Translations under genes and position numbers: made by a program
In this document: positions 22,399 to 36,994 of the stretch, one piece after another
How the letters are laid out: every line of letters begins with the position of its first letter
How positions within the stretch are numbered: the stretch's first letter is position 1
Notes under the pieces: generated by a model
What the model was told of the DNA's origin: nothing
Seen by the model: only the letters and a program-made list of their open reading frames with translations
Databases searched by the model: none
Assembly (NCBI GenBank): GCA_040954595.2
Contig: CM082596.2
Coordinates: 11,338,454 to 11,402,453, forward strand
Reading direction: 5' to 3'
Source: Balanoglossus misakiensis
Lineage: Eukaryota > Animalia > Hemichordata
DNA: 64,000 bases

Positions 22399-25300
22399 AA
22401 AGGGATAGCAGCTTAGCTCTATTCCGTTTCCAAAGTGTTTGTTCTTTTAAACTACCTGTGCATTTTTTTTATTTATTCTGATTATGCTAATATGCTAATT
22501 TGTTGGTTTGTCACATCACAATTTTTGTAGGAAACTCACCCCTGGGAATTTTTTTCAGTCACTTACATACATTCATAATCACATGACATTGATGATCATG
22601 GAAAATTTGACCCTTTTCCTTGTAGGACTCAACCAGTGTCCACCAAATCCGTGCCATCTGTCAACCGGCTCGAAATTCCTGCTTTGATCTCACCTGCATA
22701 TGTACTGGTTGCTACAAAGGTGATAGGTGTGAGATATGTAAGTATACAGCGCAGTCTCTTTTACCTTTTGTCTCTGATGCATTCAAATACTGCATGTTTC
22801 CTGAGCATAGGTGTAGCCATCACCACAGCAGAGCTTGGAGAGTTCTTGACATCGAATGCAAGATTACACTCTTCCCAATCAAAATCACTTTCGTAGCGCA
22901 TAATGTCTTGATTGTCTTAGTTCAAGAAACATTATGCGCGACTGGCCAATTTTACTGCCTTTTGTCAACGCACATCCACTATGGAAATTCTCACTCCAGG
23001 CCAGATAGTGTAAATTTGCATATGAGTCTACAGGTATGCTTGAAGTCAAGTCAAGCATTTGCAAGGAACCCTCCTCCAGTACACAGGTCTTTGATTTCAT
23101 GAAGGGAAGCCCTTGCCTCACAGTCACTGCCACATGATCTATGGAGGTGTGAACAACTTGATACCAGCCTAATATAAGTTGTAGGCACAATCACTCCACA
23201 CACCCTTGCCATAATTCTGCACAGCCTTGTGAAATACCCGGACTGTTAGACAAAAGATGCTTGTTTTGGACGCTGTCAGACTCAGAGGTGCCAAATTCCT
23301 GTTTAACTTGTCCAGATGTGTTCCATAAATGATCGCTGCGTTCAACCACGTTGCACTTTTCTCGTCTTCTGCGAGATGTTCTAAGGTGTTTGTGACAACT
23401 TCACGCAAAACGCGAGACTTTGCGTTAGTTTATACACAGTTTATTTGCAAATTGGATTATTGGGATTTACCTGGAAATAATGTATGCAAAAGAACATCAT
23501 TTCAAGAAAAAACTGGAGTTGCGCGTCCTTCTTTCTCTAGTGTCCATGGTCAAACAAGTGAGTATATACTTTCAAGACACCCTGCAAACAAACAAGCAAT
23601 CTTCATTCCGTAGATCTTTAAGCATATTTATGCATTGTAAATTTTGATGTGAAACTTCAAATTTTATTGGTCTTGTTGCCAAACTTCTGAAGAAATGAGG
23701 ATATTGTTTTGAAGGGTATTTTATCAGTAGATAACAAATACCATGGCCCTCCATGCAAATACCCACATGGTAAATTAAAACTGTTGCAGGTGTATTTGAT
23801 TTCCACATATGGATTACATGTGGGATAATATTGGGTGCTGGCAGTTTCAGTAAATGAACTGCTCTATTGCTGAGATAACAATAGGTTGCACTTTTTATTG
23901 CAGTCCAAGATCCATGCCAGCGAAACAGCTGTCTCAACGGGGCTGTATGTAATGCAGTGGCCAACTCCTGCACGGCATATACCTGTGCCTGTACTGGTTG
24001 CTATGAGGGTAACCGTTGTGAAATATGTAAGTTTCTGACGTACCGTAAATGACAAACTTTTGGGCACTTTCTCTTCATAGCAATTGAATTGTGTGGTAAC
24101 TTCTCATTTCTAAAATTTCCCCAAGAGAAAAGAAAGGAAAAGAAAACAGAAATTTCATTTGTATGTCTGTGCAATTTAGGATAGGCACGAACTTGTGAGG
24201 AAGTGTACGAAGCTGGATGTTTTCATCACTCAAATATACAAGAGTTGCCTCTTGAAGACTAGTGTCTGTAGAGATAATTGTGCATGTGAGGTAATCTCTC
24301 CTAAGGTGGTGCACACATCTGAGTATTAAGTAAAAGAGACGTCCTTAATTATCCTTACTATTTGGCTTGAAAAATCAATCTTTAATACTAGGTGTTCTGA
24401 TTAGAGAGGTGTCCATGAGGTGACTACACCTGTTACTGCCAGTAGTGTTGGACTGGGGCCATCTGTGCCGTAGGTGTGTCGAATTACTGTTTTATGACAC
24501 AGCGTGGTATATAAACCCTCATTTTTGGTATTCTCAATGTGATAGATGGACCCATACACCAATAAATGGGGTGGAAGCATTACAAAGTTTCATCCTTTCA
24601 AAATTTGCTGATGTAGGGTCAAAATTGAGTGTGAGGTGCACGTTAAAAAGGAAAGCCTTCTGTATCATGTTGATGGCACATTTTTTAATTTTTCAAGATT
24701 CTTACAGAAAAATCCTAGCAGCATTATGTTATTTTAAATGTACAGGTTTGAAACAAGGAATGAAGACATTGCTCACATATATAATTTAAACAAAATGAAC
24801 ATCACAAGTACATGTACAAGTTTTTGACAAGCAGGTCATTGATACTTTCATTTTTGTTTTGGCAGCCATTGATCAGTTATACTCTATGCCTTGTCAAAAT
24901 GTGGTGGCACATGCGTTGCGTGAGACGGCTGTTTCCTGTTTGACTGTATGTGTACCGAATGCTTCACTGGTGCCACATGTACAATGCGTAAGTACAAACC
25001 AATATTATTTTATTCAATGCAAAACACTTGTTATGTATTATATAATATAAATACGGTACACGTATTAAAGCCCTGGTAACTCAAACTTTGGGCTAGCTTA
25101 ATGTTATCACTATTTTTGTTTTCGGTTGCAACTGTGGTTTCTTGTCACACTCTAAAGGATTTGACAGCATTTGGTTTTTCAAAACAGCCCTTTGGTTGTT
25201 GTCATGTATACATGTACATGACTGTGGAGTGTAGTTTGTAGATTCTGTAATTTTGACAATATCTTGACTGCACATCCCACAGCTGTCAACCAGTGTCAAC

Positions 25301-25638
25301 CCATCCAGTGTCGGAATGGTGGAAACTGTGTGCTGACGCCCAATTGGTGTACTGAATTCACATGCTCCTGTACAAGCTGTTACTCCGGCGATTTATGTCA
25401 GACATGTGAGTGATTTTAAATTTCAGATGAAGAGGAACATAATAACATAACACATAATCGGCTTGCAGTTGGTTTCTTCCAACCTGTATCAAACAGTGAA
25501 TAACGACACAATTTTGGGGAAATTTATTAAGAATGTGTGTGCCATAAAAGGGGATTGTGTATTTGACCAAACAACAACCTGCACCGTATGGTACACTAAG
25601 ACACTATTACACCTGTGTCAAAATTTCATTACTTTTCT

Positions 25639-28600
25639 TTTGTTGAACATGGAAGAAATTTGTCACAGTGATGTTCTGTTGACCAACTGAGATTTTTACC
25701 ACTCAACCCTGACTGCACAAATCTGTTTAAAGTATATGTAGTAAATATTAACTGTACACAATTTATATCACTTTCTCTTCTGTGCACAGATTTGAATCCG
25801 TGTCAGCCCAACCCTTGTCTAAACAGTGGATTCTGCCAGCAAGTGTCCTGCACCGAGTTCAGATGCCAGAGTCCGCGCTGTTTTGATCGGAACCACGTGC
25901 GCTGAACGTAAGCAAACCAGTGTCAGATTTCCCGCACAAAGTAGAAATCGCTGGGCTTTGTCATTGATATTGTCTCAATAAAGTTGCCTGTGATTGTGCA
26001 GCTAACCAAGAGACTTATATGCACTACCGTAGCCATGATGAATATTTTCATTGACTCAAATGCTCATCAGTGTGTTGCTATTTTTCCAACCGTAAATTGA
26101 AACATCAGAAAGTTATGACATCAACTACCCCCACCCCCACCCCACCCCACCCCCAACTAGTAAATATTATAAGATGCTGTAATTATGATATAGATGGTAG
26201 CACCAAGCTTGGATCAAGTGGTCTTCATTATCCTTCACACATGAACATGATCACACGGATGTGCAATCTTCTGACAGTCTGCTACAGATTTCACTTCCCA
26301 CTCAAGTGTGTAAGACCCTAATGTGATACTTTTCATTTCTCTCACCCTTAGCGATCAACCAGTGTCTTCTAAACCCATGTCTGAATAACGGAGTGTATCA
26401 GCCACTTCAAGGCTCCTGCTCAATCTACACCTGCAACTGTCCAACCTGCTACACTGGGCAAACATGTGTTACATGTAAGTCACAAGTTTTTAGGTCCCAT
26501 TGGTATGTACCATGGTACCTTATGGGATTGGTTACGTCTGTATGTATGGATGGATGGATGGATGGATGTTTGTTCAAATGAAGATGTCATTGCCAAAAAT
26601 ATGCAAATTAGCTGGGAAAATGTGAAATTGGTCAAAACTCAAAAACTGGACAACCACTGTTCATATTGATTTGAAAATTGGTATGCATTAACCTTATATC
26701 AACCTCATACAATCCTGTATGTTTTGAGCTAATATTATCGATTTCCTATTTTTTATGCATTTTTTTGTATTTTTCCATGTTATTGGTAACAAGTCTTTGA
26801 AATTTAGTATGAAGCTTCCTAATGGTTGTCTAAGTAACCATAGTTTTATTCAAATTGTTGCAAAATTTGCATATCTATAATTTTGAGCAATAGTTGCCAT
26901 TTTTGGTCAAAAAATGTTTTTCTTTAAAACCTCATGCCAGATTGCTTTGCAATTTGGTAGGCATATTCGTAGGGGTAACCTAAATAATATGTTGTAAAAA
27001 AATGTGATATTTGCATAAATGTGTTATCGGGGAAACTTTTGCAATTTTTGTCAAAAATTGTTTTCTCTGAAACCGCTTGTCCTATTGCATTGAACTTTGG
27101 CAGCATGTTCCTTGTAGTGATTGAAGTAAGATATTGTACAATTTTGGTTTGTTGAACATGGAAGAAATTTGTCACAGTGATGTTCTGTTGACCAACTGAG
27201 ATTTTTACCACTCAACCCTGACTGCACAAATCTGTTTAAAGTATATGTAGTAAATATTAACTGTACACAATTTATATCACTTTCTCTTCTGTGCACAGAT
27301 TTGAATCCGTGTCAGCCCAACCCTTGTCTAAACAGTGGATTCTGCCAGCAAGTGTCCTGCACCGAGTTCAGATGCCAGAGTCCGCGCTGTTTTGATCGGA
27401 ACCACGTGCGCTGAACGTAAGCAAACCAGTGTCAGATTTCCCGCACAAAGTAGAAATCGCTGGGCTTTGTCATTGATATTGTCTCAATAAAGTTGCCTGT
27501 GATTGTGCAGCTAACCAAGAGACTTATATGCACTACCGTAGCCATGATGAATATTTTCATTGACTCAAATGCTCATCAGTGTGTTGCTATTTTTCCAACC
27601 GTAAATTGAAACATCAGAAAGTTATGACATCAACTACCCCCACCCCCACCCCACCCCACCCCCAACTAGTAAATATTATAAGATGCTGTAATTATGATAT
27701 AGATGGTAGCACCAAGCTTGGATCAAGTGGTCTTCATTATCCTTCACACATGAACATGATCACACGGATGTGCAATCTTCTGACAGTCTGCTACAGATTT
27801 CACTTCCCACTCAAGTGTGTAAGACCCTAATGTGATACTTTTCATTTCTCTCACCCTTAGCGATCAACCAGTGTCTTCTAAACCCATGTCTGAATAACGG
27901 AGTGTATCAGCCACTTCAAGGCTCCTGCTCAATCTACACCTGCAACTGTCCAACCTGCTACACTGGGCAAACATGTGTTACATGTAAGTCACAAGTTTTT
28001 AGGTCCCATTGGTATGTACCATGGTACCTTATGGGATTGGTTACGTCTGTATGTATGGATGGATGGATGGATGTTTGTTCAAATGAAGATGTCATTGCCA
28101 AAAATATGCAAATTAGCTGGGAAAATGTGAAATTGGTCAAAACTCAAAAACTGGACAACCACTGGTCATATTGATTTGAAAATTGGTATGCATTAACCTT
28201 ATATCAACCTCATACAATCCTGTATGTTTTGAGCTAATATTATCGATTTCCTATTTTTTATGCATTTTTTTGTATTTTTCCATGTTATTGGTAAAAAGTC
28301 TTTGAAATTTAGTATGAAGCTTCCTAATGGTTGTCTAAGTAACCATAGTTTTATTCAAATTGTTGCAAAATTTGCATATCTATAATTTTGAGTAATAGTT
28401 GCCATTTTTGGTCAAAAAATGTTTGTCTTTAAAACCTCATGCCAGATTGCTTTGCAATTTGGTAGGCATATTCGTAGGGGTAACCTAAATAATATGTTGT
28501 AAAAAAATGTGATATTTGCATAAATGTGTTATCGGGGAAACTTTTGCAATTTTTGTCAAAAATTGTTTTCTCTGAAACCGCTTGTCCTATTGCATTGAAC

Positions 28601-31600
28601 TTTGGCAGCATGTTCCTTGTAGTGATTGAAGTAAGATATTGTACAATTTTGGTTTGTTGAACATGGAAGAAATTTGTCACAGTGATGTTCTGTTGACCAA
28701 CTGAGATTTTTACCACTCAACCCTGACTGCACAAATCTGTTTAAAGTATATGTAGTAAATATTAACTGTACACAATTTATATCACTTTCTCTTCTGTGCA
28801 CAGATTTGAATCCGTGTCAGCCCAACCCTTGTCTAAACAGTGGATTCTGCCAGCAAGTGTCCTGCACCGAGTTCAGATGCCAGAGTCCGCGCTGTTTTGA
28901 TCGGAACCACGTGCGCTGAACGTAAGCAAACCAGTGTCAGATTTCCCGTACAAAGTAGAAATCGCTGGGCTTTGTCATTGATATTGTCTCAATAAAGTTG
29001 CCTGTGATTGTGCAGCTAACCAAGAGACTTATATGCACTACCGTAGCCATGATGAATATTTTCATTGACTCAAATGCTCATCAGTGTGTTGCTATTTTTC
29101 CAACCGTAAATTGAAACATCAGAAAGTTATGACATCAACTACCCCCACCCCCACCCCACCCCACCCCCAACTAGTAAATATTATAAGATGCTGTAATTAT
29201 GATATAGATGGTAGCACCAAGCTTGGATCAAGTGGTCTTCATTATCCTTCACACATGAACATGATCACACGGATGTGCAATCTTCTGACAGTCTGCTACA
29301 GATTTCACTTCCCACTCAAGTGTGTAAGACCCTAATGTGATACTTTTCATTTCTCTCACCCTTAGCGATCAACCAGTGTCTTCTAAACCCATGTCTGAAT
29401 AACGGAGTGTATCAGCCACTTCAAGGCTCCTGCTCAATCTACACCTGCAACTGTCCAACCTGCTACACTGGGCAAACATGTGTTACATGTAAGTCACAAG
29501 TTTTTAGGTCCCATTGGTATGTACCATGGTACCTTATGGGATTGGTTACGTCTGTATGTATGGATGGATGGATGGATGTTTGTTCAAATGAAGATGTCAT
29601 TGCCAAAAATATGCAAATTAGCTGGGAAAATGTGAAATTGGTCAAAACTCAAAAACTGGACAACCACTGGTCATATTGATTTGAAAATTGGTATGCATTA
29701 ACCTTATATCAACCTCATACAATCCTGTATGTTTTGAGCTAATATTATCGATTTCCTATTTTTTATGCATTTTTTTGTATTTTTCCATGTTATTGGTAAA
29801 AAGTCTTTGAAATTTAGTATGAAGCTTCCTAATGGTTGTCTAAGTAACCATAGTTTTATTCAAATTGTTGCAAAATTTGCATATCTATAATTTTGAGTAA
29901 TAGTTGCCATTTTTGGTCAAAAAATGTTTGTCTTTAAAACCTCATGCCAGATTGCTTTGCAATTTGGTAGGCATATTCGTAGGGGTAACCTAAATAATAT
30001 GTTGTAAAAAAATGTGATATTTGCATAAATGTGTTATCGGGGAAACTTTTGCAATTTTTGTCAAAAATTGTTTTCTCTGAAACCGCTTGTCCTATTGCAT
30101 TGAACTTTGGCAGCATGTTCCTTGTAGTGATTGAAGTAAGATATTGTACAATTTTGGTTTGTTGAACATGGAAGAAATTTGTCACAGTGATGTTCTGTTG
30201 ACCAACTGAGATTTTTACCACTCAACCCTGACTGCACAAATCTGTTTAAAGTATATGTAGTAAATATTAACTGTACACAATTTATATCACTTTCTCTTCT
30301 GTGCACAGATTTGAATCCGTGTCAGCCCAACCCTTGTCTAAACAGTGGATTCTGCCAGCAAGTGTCCTGCACCGAGTTCAGATGCCAGAGTCCGCGCTGT
30401 TTTGATCGGAACCACGTGCGCTGAACGTAAGCAAACCAGTGTCAGATTTCCCGTACAAAGTAGAAATCGCTGGGCTTTGTCATTGATATTGTCTCAATAA
30501 AGTTGCCTGTGATTGTGCAGCTAACCAAGAGACTTATATGCACTACCGTAGCCATGATGAATATTTTCATTGACTCAAATGCTCATCAGTGTGTTGCTAT
30601 TTTTCCAACCGTAAATTGAAACATCAGAAAGTTATGACATCAACTACCCCCACCCCCACCCCACCCCACCCCCAACTAGTAAATATTATAAGATGCTGTA
30701 ATTATGATATAGATGGTAGCACCAAGCTTGGATCAAGTGGTCTTCATTATCCTTCACACATGAACATGATCACACGGATGTGCAATCTTCTGACAGTCTG
30801 CTACAGATTTCACTTCCCACTCAAGTGTGTAAGACCCTAATGTGATACTTTTCATTTCTCTCACCCTTAGCGATCAACCAGTGTCTTCTAAACCCATGTC
30901 TGAATAACGGAGTGTATCAGCCACTTCAAGGCTCCTGCTCAATCTACACCTGCAACTGTCCAACCTGCTACACTGGGCAAACATGTGTTACATGTAAGTC
31001 ACAAGTTTTTAGGTCCCATTGGTATGTACCATGGTACCTTATGGGATTGGTTACGTCTGTATGTATGGATGGATGGATGGATGTTTGTTCAAATGAAGAT
31101 GTCATTGCCAAAAATATGCAAATTAGCTGGGAAAATGTGAAATTGGTCAAAACTCAAAAACTGGACAACCACTGGTCATATTGATTTGAAAATTGGTATG
31201 CATTAACCTTATATCAACCTCATACAATCCTGTATGTTTTGAGCTAATATTATCGATTTCCTATTTTTTATGCATTTTTTTGTATTTTTCCATGTTATTG
31301 GTAAAAAGTCTTTGAAATTTAGTATGAAGCTTCCTAATGGTTGTCTAAGTAACCATAGTTTTATTCAAATTGTTGCAAAATTTGCATATCTATAATTTTG
31401 AGTAATAGTTGCCATTTTTGGTCAAAAAATGTTTTTCTTTAAAACCTCATGCCAGATTGCTTTGCAATTTGGTAGGCATATTCGTAGGGGTAACCTAAAT
31501 AATATGTTGTAAAAAAATGTGATATTTGCATAAATGTGTTATCGGGGAAACTTTTGCAATTTTTGTCAAAAATTGTTTTCTCTGAAACCGCTTGTCCTAT

Positions 31601-31663
31601 TGCATTGAACTTTGGCAGCATGTTCCTTGTAGTGATTGAAGTAAGATATTGTACAATTTTGGT
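25639..31663. repeat. 4x tandem amplification of a ~1505-bp cassette carrying EGF exons 7 and 8
   Basis: Marker ORFs at 26070/27579/29084/30589 (periods 1509, 1505, 1505); the junction gtacaattttggt|ttgttgaacatgg occurs three times. Confidence 0.97.
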
Positions 31664-33450
31664 GATATTTGCATATTTGTGTTTTTGCCACATTTGAACA
31701 AATATTTTCTGTGAAACTGCTTGTTGGATTGCTTTGAAATTAGTTTTTTCTCTGATTGCTTTGAAATTTAGGATATAATTTCATAACACATACCTGTATA
31801 TGTGCAACTTTTATTCAATTCTGAGATCAGAAAGATTAAATATTTAGCGAGTTTTTTTGGTAAGTTTCTTTGTTTTTGGTTAGCAAATCTTCTCCTAAAC
31901 AAATTGTCCAGTTATTTCTAAAGTTACTATTTACAAGGAGTTGTTACCTCAAACAAAGACATGTTTACATAACTTAAATAGGCCAGCTGTTACAGAGACC
32001 ACCAGCTATCAAATTTTAATTACCAGTGGCAGGTCAGTGTGTGTCTGTTCCAGGACTGACTGAAAGAAGTTGCTTCGCATGTGTGTTTGTACAGACAATT
32101 TTTGGTCAATTTTTTTTCTAGCACCACTTGTAAGACTGCCAGGACACATGACAGTTTATTGGGCATGTTCCTTGTTAATGTTTTTACATTCCATATTTCT
32201 ACATGGTCAGATCATATCTGCTTGCAAATGTCACCTGTAATTTTTATTCTGGTATGTCACTGTTTCCGCATAATCCTCAAATGTCATCAGATATCCGAAT
32301 GTGATGAAAACAGTGTTTTTTGAGTGTTTTTTAAATGACCTTTTGGGTTAAAAGTGGCAAAAATGGCAATTTTGTCTTGAAAGGGGTCAATAAGACTGAC
32401 TTTTTTTGGAATTAGCACCATATTTTACATTGAATGGACTAGTCTAGGACTTTCCTTACCAAAAATTCTGTTTAATCTTCTGTAACATGTATACTAGTAT
32501 ACATGTAGCTGCCTGATAGTTTGCCCTGTGTGTGTAATTGCTGAGTGACATAACGCATTCTGTGATTGGTGCAGTCACGTAACCACCAATCAGATCGCTT
32601 GTTGTAAGGAGAACTGCACGACCTTTGACCGCATTAGCATACCTGATTTTTAGGGCTCGATATTACCTCTGAGGACGCAATATTTAAGTTGAAGTTTTTT
32701 TTCTTTTATCATATTAGAGCAAGAAGACTTGTTTTTTATGTAAAAGAAATAGACCCTAATATACAGAGTGCATTTTGAAACGATAGGCAGGTCCGGCCCA
32801 TAGCCTAATTCTTCATTTTTCTGTCATGCGTAGGAATTGATCAGTGCTAACAACCCATGTCAAAATGGCAGCACTTGCCAACCCTAACCTCGTGTGTGGC
32901 ATTGACGTGCACCTGCCAAGGATGCTATACTGGGAGCGCTGTGAAAATTGTCAGTCAGTTTCTTTTGTCAAATTAATCAATATGTGTGGGACTGTTATAC
33001 ATGTATATAAAACAGAATACTGTGATGGAAAATTCTATAACTTAATGTTTCAGTGGATATATGACTTAAAGTTAGCAGGATGCAGTGAATTCAACAGAAA
33101 GTGTAATTTCCTCTTGTGTGAGCTCTGTGCGACTGTGCCAATGAAAATCTCACCACAAACAAAAATGACAGGTATACACTGTATATTAGCAGCTTTGTCT
33201 CTGTAATAGCCATAGTGTTTTGAAGTTGAAAACTTGCAAAGTGTGCAGTTTTATTCACACTACAAAGGAAACATTGTTGAAACGGATTATCTGTGTACAT
33301 TGTCAAACTGTACACTTGTCGTGAGATTTATTCTCAATTATATTATATCATGCTACCGTCCGCAATTCTGATTGGACGAGAGCTAAATCCAGCGATGCTA
33401 AAATACTCAATAATGCACTGCTGGCAGTGGTAAAACGGGCTTTCTGTTTG

Positions 33451-34635
33451 CCACATGGGTTTGTTCTTTAGGTTGTTGTATGTGTTTACACTCAGCATGT
33501 TTATTGTAGAACCAGGGTCGATCAGTGAGGCAACTGCTGTTTGTTCTATTTGCACTGTTACTCGAGGCCTCCTGCCATTTGATTGTTGTGCAGTGAAGCA
33601 GTATTCATCTCCCGAGCTGTCTTCCACTTTATGCACAGCTTTGACAGTTTCATCCTTGTCTACCCTATTTGCCTTGCCTTTTGATCGGCAGCATTTGGCA
33701 AAATGGTTATGTTTGCCACACTTCCTGCATGACTTGCCTTTAGCTGGACATACTGAGTCATGTGGATAGGTGCCACCACAATAATAACAAGTGGACGGTC
33801 CTTTCGCTGGCTGCTGATGAGCTCTCTTTTGTTTATTTGGTTTCGGGCGTTGGTGGCGCTGTTTTCTGACCGCATTCACTGATGCCGTATCTGCACCATT
33901 ATTTTGGGTTTTCTCCTCAATCCCACTAGCCTGAACCTCTGATACCTCAAATGAATGGCTGTACTCAGTATATTCTCTAGTGTCGTCTCCTCCCGAAGAG
34001 CACGACGTCTGAGACGGGCTGATGTGAATCCTCGTATGATTTGTGATTTGACCTCTTGATCCTTTTTGGTGAAGTCACATATGTTTCTGCTAGGTGTTGC
34101 AAACAAGTGTGATAGGCATCAATCGATTCGCCGTTGTTTTGTATGGTGTCTCTGAAGATGAATCGTTCGTATTCAATGTTCCGTTTGGGTGAGAAGTACG
34201 ACGTAAGCTTTAATTTGGCTGTTTCACAGCTCGTTCCTGTATCTGGTAGAGTATCAAAGAAGTCGGAAACTTCCTCACCTGCCCAGTGCAATAGCAGTGC
34301 ACGTTGTGGCTTGTCATCTGTAATGTTGAATGCGACAAATGCGTTTTCTACTCTAGCCATGTACTTTTTCCATCTCGTACTGGTGGTTGTCGGGTCTGAA
34401 TGAACAGGAAAACTCGGCATTGATGGCTAGCTGATTCTCCATGTTCTCCGTCCTCGTCGCCAAATATAGAATCGTGGGTGGGCAATAATGACAACACGAG
34501 ACACCAAGTCCGGCATGTAAGAGTGAGAGTGCCTAGCCACGTTCACACACTTTATTCATAATGACCCGAATGTTGCATTACGTCATTTTACAGAATGTAT
34601 AAAGTATAGATGCTCACTAGTGTTTGGACACTACA
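33451..34635 (-). mobile_element. Gypsy LTR/gag/protease relic, copy 2
   Basis: Same as 9745-10929. Confidence 0.9.
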
Positions 34636-36994
34636 ATATACATGTGACTGCAGTGTCTTTCCAATCATGAATTTGCAAGGTGTCCTTCGGAGAAAATCTT
34701 CTGATTCTCTTTTCTGATTTGCTTTGCATATTTAACTTAATGATCTAATGTGTTGGAATTCCCTGTCTCAAATTTTTGATGATCAGTCTCTGCCCCATTG
34801 CTCATCGTCCCAACTTTCTTGTGTATTGAAAACCAGGAATCAACCAATGTGATCCCAATCTGTGCTTGAAGAGTGGTTTCTGCCAGATGACATCTGGATC
34901 ATGTGAACTGTACACATGTTTCTGTCAGAATTGTTACACTGGTGACCTTTGTGAACAAAGTAAGTTTTGATTTATTGTCTTGGGTTAATAATTTATACAG
35001 TTCAAAGTATCACCATTTCTTTCAATATGTAGATTTTTTTGTTTTTCTCTACAAGTCTAATCAAGATCTGCATGAAAATTTGTGTCGCTGTCACCGAACC
35101 TAGCTAGTCCATACAACCAACAGTATGAATCACCACCTCATACTGGGCGTAGCCATAGGCCCTAACCCTAATAGTTACGTACTTATGAGCATTTATGTTA
35201 TATATAGTTCAAAGGTCACCAAGGTCATCTGACATTGCGGCGAAATGATTTGGTCCAATAGTTGTACCTGTCCACCAAAAATCAGCTCCCTAGGTGTATT
35301 AGTTAGCGTAGAAATAGATATGTGTTTTTCAAGGTGGGTCAAAGGTCAAGGGGTCACCCGAAATTTGGCTTCTCATTTCGGCCCCTTGGTCAGTCCCTGT
35401 TCACTCCATAAATGGAGACGTGTTCTGCGCAACCGCAGTACGTGTAACCTCGTGAACTCAGATGTGCACATGCGTACAGCAGACCCTATTGACCAATGCA
35501 GACTAAATCTAATAGAATTACTACATGTAGTATATCGTGTATAATACACACGTTTGGCAATATTGCAGTTTGAGTGTTAGATGCAGACGTGTATACCCGA
35601 TCTAAATTTCCGACCTACACATGTACATGTATCACTGTTCACATGTACATACACCGTAACTGCGTTCTGAAAATGACATGGTATTTTCAAAATGTTACCC
35701 CAGATTACCCCATCATGAAACTCACACCCATTGTCCAGCAGTAGTTAGTTGACTATCCTATTCACTCAAAACAAAAAGAACGGGTGTGAAAAAGTCACTA
35801 AAACAGCATTGATACAGAGGTGTATAACACTGTCCATGATTTCAAGAGAAAAACATGAACGCAGCCCAGGCAGATCGGTCACTGTATGTGGCGATATCTT
35901 TCTAAGTATTTCACTCAACTTGTACAGACGATGCCATGCTGTCTTCTGGAATGTGCTGGTAACGTCACACATCGAAACATATTGATGATGCCCTTCCCTG
36001 CGGCTCGGGCATCATGAATATTATTAAGGTCAAAGATCACCATCCCTTGTGCAGGCAAAAGATCATGATATTGCCCTCGCTAACATGTGTTATTATTTAA
36101 ATACGATGTTGTCATAGCTTTACTATGCAGGTATAGTAAAGCATATGCCTTGGTCCAGACCCCCCCCCCCCCCATGGTCAATGAAAAAATATGAAATATA
36201 ATGATCAAAAATCTTCTTCTCAAAATCGGCATACCCTAATTTGAAAATTTCGCCCTTATATGGTCATCAGGTCACTTGACTAATTTAACATTCACGGACG
36301 TACTGCACCAGATCTCATTGGCCTGCATCATTGTGCCAAATTTGAGAATTGTAGGTTTAGCCGTTTTCAAGATCATAGTGGCCGATGAAAGTGCCCAAGA
36401 AGAAGAAAAATGCCAGCAATACCAAAAGGGGCCCCGCTCATAGGGGCTTGGGCCCCCAAAAACGCCAGTAATACCAATAGGGGCCCGCCCATAGGGGCTT
36501 GGGCCCCTAATAAGTCAGTTGTAAAGTTATTACTGAGCTTGAATTTCACTAGCGCCTAAAAGTAAACAAAAACTGATGGTCAAAGTATCACAAGCTTTAT
36601 TTTGGTTTGATGTAGGATGTAATATGCTTATAGCACACTGCCAAATTAATGTCAACCAATAAGACCGGTAGGATATGATCGAAAACCACACGTATTAATG
36701 TGTAAAAGGCCGAACTTCCCAATAAATTTGGGTAGCCGACTACAGAAAGAGTCGAACCGATGCATGAACTGAAGTATCAAGACACATGGACTATTATTTA
36801 TTGTTTCAGCAATTTGACTTAAATTTATAATTTCCTATGGCAGTTTTTGCCGACAAGAATCAATGCCCGACCAAACAAAATGGACATTTTCACATGATCG
36901 TTACTGAGGTCACAAGTTAGCCAAGCCCTCATACACGCGCTATTCGGAAGTATCGGTGATCTGTTTATGTGTTTAGCTAAGGTGGTAAACTGTT

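Larger units (their letters stand above)
20306..34959 (+). pseudogene. Copy 2: last GCC exon and EGF exon array (16 EGF exons because exons 7-8 occur four times)
   Basis: Same exons and same lesions as 362-11253. Confidence 0.9.
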
